Below, one piece after another: positions 55,403-64,000 of a stretch of DNA of 64,000 bases. The DNA is from Octopus sinensis (taxonomy: Eukaryota), in assembly GCF_006345805.1 (NCBI RefSeq), contig NC_043004.1:42036001-42100000 (forward strand), read 5' to 3'. Position numbers and translations under genes: made by a program. Below the pieces are notes generated by a model that was given only the letters and a program-made list of their open reading frames with translations, was not told the DNA's origin and searched no databases. Within the stretch, counting starts at the first letter, position 1; each line of letters begins with the position of its first letter.

Positions 55403-56977
55403 CATGTATGCGTGCATGTATATGTGTGTGTTAAGAAACATCTGGAAGAATATTTACTGAACAAAGAAAGTTTGGATAATCGATTTTTTATTTATCAGGT
55501 CCCCATGGTTTCCTACTGACAGAGATCAGTAATTTTCATATAGAATTCAAAACATAAGCGACACTCCACTATGAAAGCTAACGGCAGCTTTAATATAAAG
55601 AGTTATTTGTACTTTGTATTCTGTTTGAAGAAATGCTGATGTCAGTCAATAGGAAACCTTAGCTTTGACAGAAATAGGAAAAATCTTGTAATACGCACAC
55701 AGACACGCATGCATTCGTACATTCATACATACATATATACATACAGACAGACACACACGCTCACACACATGAAGGAGATTTGTGTACCAGTAATAAACTT
55801 CTGTGACTGTAAATACATGCATGTACGTGCATAATTAAATTACTTGAGCATAAGAGACTGTTTAAAATAACTAATCGAAAGATGACGAAAGTGAGATATG
55901 TGACGAAGGAAGAGAAAAAGCCAGTTGTGAAATGAGATATAAAGATCTCGGTGTAAGCTGTGAATAAATGTGTGCATAAGTGAGATTGTGTGTTTTTAGA
56001 AAAGCTATTCCATTGCAGATTCTTTGTGAAAGTCATAAAATATAAAATTTTAAAACTAACTTCGCATATAGATGTGGGTGTATTTTGAATATATGCATAT
56101 ATGTGCATTCGATGTAGTATTTTTCTTTTCTTTCTGTATGTATATGTACAAGTATGTATGTATATACAGATATATGTTGCTATCCCACTATACTATAAAC
56201 GTATGTATTTGTACGTTTATATGTACGTACTATGTATGAATGTATGTATATAAACTCCTCACACACATGTATACCATTCATCTAACCACCTACATATATA
56301 TATTTATATATATATATATGAGTGTGTGTGTGCATGTGTATGTATATACGTATCTAACTATCTATCTACCTACCTATATCTCTCCTCTTTCTCTCTCTCT
56401 CTATATATACATACATATATATATACGTTTATATATATATGTATATATATATATAAATATATATATTTACATACACACACATATGATCACAATCGCGCAA
56501 GCGCACATATGCATACATCATCATACATACATACAGAGAGAGCGAGAGAGAGAGGGGGAGGGAGGGGGGAGATAGAGATAGTCAATGAGAAAGAGATTTA
56601 GAGATATAACGTGATGGGGAGTGTAAGGTAGAAAATGCATATGCAGGAAAAAGTGAGCTAGCAACTGATAAAATTGAGAGGAATGCAAAGTAGAGGTGGA
56701 GGGTTAGACGGCAGTGTGTGTGTTGTTAGTGTCTTGCTAAATTAGTTATGTCCTTAATTCTATTTCTGAAACCTAATTGCTATCGATCCAAGGATATTCT
56801 CCACCCCAACATTTTTTTTTTCACACGAACATTCCTACTTTTAGGACTACTGTTTTTATTTTTTCTCTCTTTTGGTTTTAGTTGTTATTCTTGGTTTTGT
56901 TGTTCTTCTTGATGTTGATGCGGTTGTAGTAACGAAAATAACGATAGAGATGGTGGCAGTCATAAGACTAGCTGAAA

Positions 56978-56984
<7 letters not shown>

Positions 56985-57012
<28 letters not shown>

Positions 57013-57089
57013 GTAGTAGTAGTAGTAGTTGTAGTAGTAGTTGTAGTAGTGGTAGTAGTAGTTGTAGTAGTAGTTGTAGTAGTAGTAGT

Positions 57090-57130
<41 letters not shown>
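56985..57130. repeat. (TTA)n/(GTA)n microsatellite
   Basis: Seen directly. Confidence 0.95.
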
Positions 57131-57131
<1 letters not shown>

Positions 57132-58639
57132 AAGCTGCATCATTTCTTTGATATACTTTTGAAATAAGTTTGGAAAATGCGCCAGGAAACATACAAAACT
57201 AGTTCGTCAGTCGTGAAGCCATTGCTGCGCTGATATATACGCAGATATGTCGTAGCTATGTAGGTAGGTAGGTCGGTTTGCACGTACGTATATATGCATG
57301 TATGAATGCGTGTAGGTAGCTATATAGTACTAGTGTTATTGTGGTAGTGTCGTCAACTTGTTATTGTCAAAAATGAAGCAAATATAGGTTTTCTTCAAAT
57401 ACCAAAGTATCCTCATAGATAATCAGAGTAGTGTTACAATGAATCACTAAGGCTTTCCCCCCATTTTCCAATAAGTGTTCAATGGTTGATATCTATCCAT
57501 TTTGTGTTAAATAGGTTACTGGGATTAAATCATCTGAGAATGTTACTAATTTGAAACGCTCAATAATGACTGCTTTATAATGATATCAGCCAGGTTTTTT
57601 CTTTTACCAATTTCAACGATTTAATGGCCTGGCCATATGATGCAAGTTCAATTTTTCAGTCAATCATATGATCTTGACAACTAAATTGTCAAGGCTATCA
57701 GTCATCTGAAAGATATCGTTATGTTAAACATTCTGTGTCAATAATCATAAATCGGTCGATCGAGCATCAGAATTTTAGGTTTGAAGGAAGTAAAAAGAAA
57801 TCAATAATCCAGAATATGATTTGAAATATTTCAAAAATTTATATCCGAAAGTTATATCGTCTTTCCGGGTTCAAATAGCATATTTCAAATTTCTTCCGCT
57901 TGAAATTTTTTTAAGAATGTGTTCGCTTTTTGGCTTCTAATATTTATACACTTACAAATTTTTCATAAAAGTTCATTTCATTCCTACACATATTTCACAC
58001 ACAATTTATGGGATGAAAAATGGACACAATTTATGAGATGAAAAATGGACAATTTGTCTTTGACGTTCCTCGGGGGTAGTACAGAATGTACCAAATACTC
58101 AGTTGTTTTCGTTATCAACGGCAGCCATAGGGAGTTCGAATCACGCAGAAGTGAACTTTGTCTTTCATTCTTTCATGGTCGATAGAATGAAGCACCAATT
58201 AAGTCCTGGGATCAATGGTATAGACTAACAATTCCATTAAAAATTCTTAATGAAGTGCCCAAATTAGAAAACATTAGAATACACGTCTGAGTAGTGAATT
58301 GACGGAATCATAATATGTTTGACTAAAATATCTTATGCAATATGTTGCGATTCTTTACTATTTGAATTCAAACTATTCCAAGACCAATTTTGTGTTTCAC
58401 TATTGGTAAAATAAAACATCAGTGAAGTAGTTTACTTCCAAATACTTATTTTATTTTGTTAGTTTATACTAGAAAGAGTTATTAATGACAACCATGAAAG
58501 TGCATCAACACAAACACTAGTAAACCTACGATTCATAGTTTAATATATTAACATGATAAATTTACAGAACTTCTGAGCTGGAAATTCATTTTCCATTATT
58601 CCATCTTGTGTTATATAATTTTCTTAACTGTATTTTATG

Positions 58640-58960
58640 TGTTTCACTATGTACTCTCTGCCTCGTACATGCTCTTTGCTTCTCGCTTGCTTGCTGGGTT
58701 GCTTCCTCTTGTTTGATGGGGCTGGGGGTCATCCCAGATTATTGGTCCTAGAGATGTCATCATGCATAGAGTAGACCAGGTCCACCAGTACACTACATCA
58801 CTGGTGGTCTCATGCTAGCGGTCTCCGCCTAGCATCCTCCAAGGTGACGTTGAGTTTCTGTAGATCATCCCCTATCACATCCAGCCATCTGATGCGGTGT
58901 CTGCAAGCAGCCACTTCCAGCCAGCAGTTGCTGCATCGAATGATACTAAGACTTTTGTAG
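58640..58960 (-). mobile_element. RTE-like LINE 3' end
   Basis: Minus strand FDAATAGWK..(frameshift)..RIRWLDVIGDDLQKLNVTLEDA resembles the RTE C-terminal GWKRPRGRPxxRWLD motif. Confidence 0.6.
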
Positions 58961-60000
58961 TATTTGAGGTGGGGCTTCGCGAAAGTGGAGAAGAGAAGGA
59001 TGGTGTTTTCGTGATCCCTAGATTGAAAAGTTGTGAGGATCTACGAGAACATTCTGCGGGCAACATCGAGTATTTTTTGTTGTTGTGCACGCTCCAGATA
59101 AGGTTGCTGTCGACAGTTACACCTAATTCCCTGATATTATCCGACGGTTCAAGTAGGCCTCCCTATGGTAATGTAATGTATATGGTTTCTAAAGTGGGTG
59201 GGCTGAAATTTTTTGAGAAAAAAACTGCATGTTGTTTTTTTGTGCCCATTGGGTTACTGCGTATAGGTCCGATTGAAGCATCGTTCAATCTTATGCTCCC
59301 GTAATGTCTTTCTGGAGCTTAGATTCATCTGCAAATATTTTATGGTGCTATGTTCAATGGAATCTACAATGTCATTGATATAGACAATAAATAGTAGTGA
59401 ACCCAGCATAGTGCCCTGTGGGACTTCACTGATTACTTATACTGGTCCTGCGTGGATGCCATCACCACAACATGCTGTGTCATATTTGTTAGAAAATACC
59501 TAAGCCATTGAAGTAGCTTTCCACTGACTTCAGCGTTGGATAGTTTCCTTAACAGTATATTGTAGTCGACTCTGTCAAAGGCCTTGCTGAAGTCAAGGTA
59601 TATGACATCCGCATTGGAGCTCTCACTTAGTGCATTTAAGATATCATCAAAGTGGTGGAGGAGCCGTGTTAGACAATTTCTCCCACCACGAAAGCCATGC
59701 TGGTTGCAATTTAGGAGATGATTTTTTTCTAGGAAGGCTGTTATTCTTGATCTCAAAACTTTCTCAAATACTTTGATGATATGTGCGGTGAGTGAGACTG
59801 GACAGTAGTTTACAGGGAACGATTTATTCCCCTTTTTAAAGACAGGAACGACTGACTAGGAGAGAAGGTTTAGAAGGATAAAACCGGAATCCAGTGATCT
59901 ACTCCAGATATTTGCAAGAGGAGCTGCAAGTTGCTGTTTGAATTCCTTCAGCACTCTAGCAGGGAAACTGTTCGGACCCACTGCTGAATCAGATTCTCCT
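58960..60000 (-). mobile_element. CR1-like LINE RT fragment
   Basis: QHGFRGGRNCLTRLLHH..DVIYLDFSKAFDRV (59433-59756), VPQGTMLGSLLF and FADESK remnants. Confidence 0.9.
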
Positions 60001-60411
60001 GCTTATATTCTTCTAGCTCTTTGTACACTTTATTCTTTTATTTACTCCTTTATTCTTCTATTTTATTCCTTATAAGTTGAATTTTATTCCTTATAAACTG
60101 TAAATTTTCCCTGTCTAAAATATGCATACCTTGCCTCTGATGACAGAATACCCAGAACGTGGACATATTAAACTACTGCTTGGGTTGTCCCAGAAAGGAC
60201 TTGTTCTACCTTGGTTTTGATTTTCCTCTAATATAATATATACTTGCTACAACGGAACCTTATTACGAATCCCTAGATCTAGCCTTAGCTCTGAACTTGG
60301 AGCCTAACAGTCGACCAACTATAGTACTAACTCAGCCTGCCTATTCGTTTAGATCACAAGTAAACTAAAGCCCTCGTAGTCTTTACACACACACCACACA
60401 CACACACACAC

Positions 60412-60442
<31 letters not shown>

Positions 60443-60581
60443 TTACACACAAATTATTTCAAGGATATAAATACATCTTAAAAGGATGTCAGCTTCTAAG
60501 TTCTCCGGTCTCATCTCGTGCATCAGTGGGTTACTTGATGTTAGCTTCGCATTGATGGATATGGGTATATTACCATATCCG

Positions 60582-60626
<45 letters not shown>

Positions 60627-60627
<1 letters not shown>

Positions 60628-60919
60628 CACGTGATCACGTGACCGACCAGACCATCAGATGTTGTTGCACATCGCTGGTCACAATGCGTTCGCATTGTTT
60701 TAGCCTTTGAATGACGCCATCCCGCTGGCTAAGCGAGCAGGCCAACAGATGAAAGAGTGAGAGAAAGAGTGGTGAAAGAGTACAGCAGTGATCACCACCC
60801 ACTGCCGGAGCCTCGAGGAGCTTTTAGGTGTGTTTGCTCAATAAACACTCACAACGCACGGCCTGGGAATCGAAACCCCGATCCTACGACCGCGAGTCCG
60901 CTGCCCTAACCACTGGGCC

Positions 60920-60920
<1 letters not shown>
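60627..60920 (-). mobile_element. tRNA-Arg(TCG)-like SINE (family C)
   Basis: Homologous to 54273-54573. Confidence 0.9.
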
Positions 60921-60950
<30 letters not shown>

Positions 60951-60964
60951 TATATATATGTATG

Positions 60965-61012
<48 letters not shown>

Positions 61013-61290
61013 ATAATATATAATATATATATAAGTTTAACAATTAAGGATAATCTCTTAATAAGGGATCTTAACAAGAAATTATCGGGTAGCTAGCGTG
61101 AAAACCTCATAAAAGAAAAGAATTCGAAAATAATTTTTTTTTTGAACAAATTAATTATATCTATATTGTATTAGAGGGCATTATTACACATAAATGCTCA
61201 CACTAGGAGGGACAAAGTCATTACTACCAAAATTATACTAATCATACCCAAATGCAGTTTTTCAAAGCAAGACATTTAAAAAATGAATTT

Positions 61291-61348
61291 AGTTCTGTAT
61301 CACCGTGATTTCACATTCAACTTACGTCTAATGATCGTCAGCAGAACT
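61291..61348 (-). ncRNA. Type I hammerhead ribozyme, array unit 1
   Basis: AGUUCUG-CUGACGA-U-CAUU-A-GAC(GUAA)GUU-G-AAUG-U-GAAA-UCAC-G-GUGA-UA/CAGAACU; predicted cleavage between 61298 and 61297. Confidence 0.88.
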
Positions 61349-61770
61349 GATTCTGAACACATCATAAATAAACTACCAACCTTACGTAGCGAAGACGAAC
61401 AGACAACTGCTCACTCCGGCCAAGCACATGGAATGTTTATAAATCATATATCCGGTAAATGGCGGGCTTTTTACGAACTGCATGTCGGGTAATGAAAAGT
61501 ATTTCGGAATAAGTTTAACAATTAAGGATAATCTCTTAATAAGGGATCTTAACAAGAAATTATCGGGTAGCTAGCGTGAAAACCTCATAAAAGAAAAGAA
61601 TTCGAAAATAATTTTTTTCTTTTGAACAAATTAATTATATCTATATTGTATAGAGGGCATTATTACACATAAATGCCTCACACTAGGAGGGACAAAGTCA
61701 TTACTACCAAAATTATACTAATCATACCCAAATGCAGTTTTTCAAAGCAAGACATTTAAAAAATGAATTT

Positions 61771-61828
61771 AGTTCTGTATCACCGTGATTTCACATTCAA
61801 CTTACGTCTAATGATCGTCAGCAGAACT
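61771..61828 (-). ncRNA. Type I hammerhead ribozyme, array unit 2
   Basis: Identical to unit 1; predicted cleavage between 61778 and 61777. Confidence 0.88.
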
Positions 61829-62250
61829 GATTCTGAACACATCATAAATAAACTACCAACCTTACGTAGCGAAGACGAACAGACAACTGCTCACTCCGGC
61901 CAAGCACATGGAATGTTTATAAATCATATATCCGGTAAATGGCGGGCTTTTTACGAACTGCATGTCGGGTAATGAAAAGTATTTCGGAATAAGTTTAACA
62001 ATTAAGGATAATCTCTTAATAAGGGATCTTAACAAGAAATTATCGGGTAGCTAGCGTGAAAACCTCATAAAAGAAAAGAATTCGAAAATAATTTTTTTCT
62101 TTTGAACAAATTAATTATATCTATATTGTATAGAGGGCATTATTACACATAAATGCCTCACACTAGGAGGGACAAAGTCATTACTACCAAAATTATACTA
62201 ATCATACCCAAATGCAGTTTTTCAAAGCAAGACATTTAAAAAATGAATTT

Positions 62251-62308
62251 AGTTCTGTATCACCGTGATTTCACATTCAACTTACGTCTAATGATCGTCA
62301 GCAGAACT
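62251..62308 (-). ncRNA. Type I hammerhead ribozyme, array unit 3
   Basis: Identical to unit 1; predicted cleavage between 62258 and 62257. Confidence 0.88.
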
Positions 62309-62822
62309 GATTCTGAACACATCATAAATAAACTACCAACCTTACGTAGCGAAGACGAACAGACAACTGCTCACTCCGGCCAAGCACATGGAATGTTTAT
62401 AAATCATATATCCGGTAAATGGCGGGCTGCATTTGGGTATGATTAGTATAATTTTGGTAGTAATGACTTTGTCCCTCCTAGTGTGAGGCATTTATGTGTA
62501 ATAATGCCCTCTTTAACAATATAGATATAATTAATTGTTCAAAAGAAAAATTATTTCGAAATTTCTTTTTTATGAGGTTTTCACGCTAGCTACCCGATAA
62601 TTTCTTGTTAAGATCCTTATTAAGAGATTATCCTTAATTGTTAAAATTATTCCGAAATACTTTTCATTACCCGACATGCAGTTCGTAAAAAAGGCCCGCC
62701 ATTTACCGGATATATATTTATAAACATTCCATGTGCTTGGCCGCTGAGGAGATTTGAGTAACAGTTGTCTGTTCGTCTTCGCTACGTAAGGTTGGTAGTT
62801 TATTTATGAGTGTTTCAGAATC

Positions 62823-62881
62823 AGTCTGCTGACGATCATTAGACGTAAATGATGTGAAATCCAACGGTTGATACAGGAACT
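62823..62881 (+). ncRNA. Hammerhead, array unit 4 (indel-damaged)
   Basis: ctgacga and gaaa are retained, but helices I-III carry indels (agtctg, ccaacggttg, caggaact). Confidence 0.55.
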
Positions 62882-63309
62882 AAATTCATTTTTTTAAAGG
62901 TTCTTGCTTTGAAAAACTGCATTTGGTTATGATTAGTATAATTTTGGTAGTAATGACTTTGTCCCTCCTAGTGTAGGGCATTATGTGTAATAATGCCCTC
63001 TATACAATATAGATATTATTAATTTGTTCAAAAGAAAAAAAATTATTTTCGAATTCTTTTCTTTTTAGAGGTTGTTTTCACGCAGCTACCCGATAATTTC
63101 TTGTTAAGATCCCTTATTAAGAGATTAATCCTTAATTGTTAAAATTTATTCCGAAATACTTTTCATTACCCGACATGCAGTTCGTAAAAAGCCCGCCATT
63201 TACCGGATATATGATTTATAAACAATTCCATGTGCTTGGCCGGAGTGAGCAGTTGTCTTTACGTCTTCGCTACGTAAGTTGGTAGTTTATTTATGATGTG
63301 TTCAGAATC

Positions 63310-63367
63310 AGTTCTGCTGACGATCATTAGACGTAAGTTGAATGTGAAATCACGATGATACAGAACT
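63310..63367 (+). ncRNA. Hammerhead, array unit 5 (one helix III substitution)
   Basis: As unit 1 but helix III reads UCAC-G-AUGA; predicted cleavage after 63360. Confidence 0.75.
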
Positions 63368-63789
63368 AAATTCATTTTTTTAAATGTCTTGCTTTGAAAA
63401 ACTGCATTTGGGTATGATTAGTATATTTTGGTAGTAATGACTTTGTCCCTCCTAGTGTGAGGCATTTATGTGTAATAATGCCCTCTATACAATATAGATA
63501 TAATTAATTTGTTCAAAAGAAAAAAATTATTTTCGAATTCTTTTCTTTTATGAGGTTTTCACGCTAGCTACCCGATAATTTCTTGTTAAGATCCCTTATT
63601 AAGAGATTATCCTTAATTGTTAAACTTATTCCGAAATACTTTTCATTACCCGACATGCAGTTCGTAAAAAGCCCGCCATTTACCGGATATATGATTTATA
63701 AAATTCCATGTGCTTGGCCGAGAGTGAGCAGTTGTCTGTTCGTCTTCGCTACGTAAGGTTGGTAGTTTATTTATGATGTGTTCAGAATC

Positions 63790-63847
63790 AGTTCTGCTGA
63801 CGATCATTAGACGTAAGTTGAATGTGAAATCACGGTGATACAGAACT
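63790..63847 (+). ncRNA. Type I hammerhead ribozyme, array unit 6
   Basis: Identical to unit 1 in the opposite orientation; predicted cleavage after 63840, exactly 480 nt after unit 5. Confidence 0.88.
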
Positions 63848-63947
63848 AAATTCATTTTTTTAAATGTCTTGCTTTGAAAAACTGCATTGGGATGATTAGT
63901 ATAATTTTGGTGGTAGTAATGACTTTGTCCCTCCTAGGTGAGGCATT

Positions 63948-63989
<42 letters not shown>

Positions 63990-64000
63990 CGGCGTAGGAG

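Larger units (their letters stand above)
61031..63952. repeat. 480-bp tandem array (about 6 units) in two inverted arms; hammerhead-bearing satellite / non-LTR retrozyme-like
   Basis: Unit starts aagtttaacaattaagg at 61033 (first copy slightly shorter), 61511 and 61991; orientation flips at 62427-62428; flanked by (TA)n on both sides. Confidence 0.95.

Noticed and set aside
60130-60170. CUGAUGA-cagaauaccca-GAACGU, similar to the 53.4-kb ribozyme
   Set aside because: GAAA core incomplete, helix II broken and no valid NUH/helix I; possibly a dead copy but not supportable.
61283-61492. 69-aa ORF (MNLVLYHRDF...) repeated in each array unit
   Set aside because: It lies antisense to the hammerhead, has no recognisable motif, and recurs only because the DNA is repeated. 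The 480-nt unit is divisible by three, but the ORF track shows no frame open across a whole unit, so there is no endless circular ORF.
61031-63952. Array as 5S rDNA, tRNA cluster or CRISPR
   Set aside because: No 5S or tRNA sequence; the units are fully repeated with no unique spacers; the context is eukaryotic with no cas genes.

Overview
AT-rich, repeat-saturated eukaryotic genomic DNA. The SINE families and LINE relics suggest an octopod cephalopod (inference from pattern recognition, not a database search). I found no convincing host protein-coding exon; almost all ORFs in the track are translations of microsatellites. The window holds (TA)n/(CA)n/(TATG)n/(CAT)n microsatellites, at least four tRNA-type SINE families and degenerate LINE relics (CR1-like, L1/Tx1-like, Dong/R4-like, an RTE tail). 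It also holds Tc1/mariner relics (DD37D/maT and mariner), a MITE family with 8-bp TSDs and internal CCCTAA repeats, and Helentron/DINE-like elements. The main finding is an abundance of hammerhead ribozyme (HHR) motifs. The clearest case is a 480-bp tandem array at 61031-63952, embedded in (TA)n. Each unit carries a type I HHR with a 7-bp helix I, CUGACGA, a GUAA-capped helix II, GAAA, a quasi-palindromic helix III and an AUA cleavage triplet. The array consists of two head-to-head arms of about 3 units each. It resembles a non-LTR retrozyme / ribozyme satellite that could generate 480-nt monomer or circular RNAs. Further intact or decayed HHRs from other families occur near 15.07, 24.4, 36.0, 42.7, 50.9 and 53.4 kb, mostly in Penelope-like terminal repeats. 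The inversion and the indel-rich segment of the array could partly be an assembly artefact.
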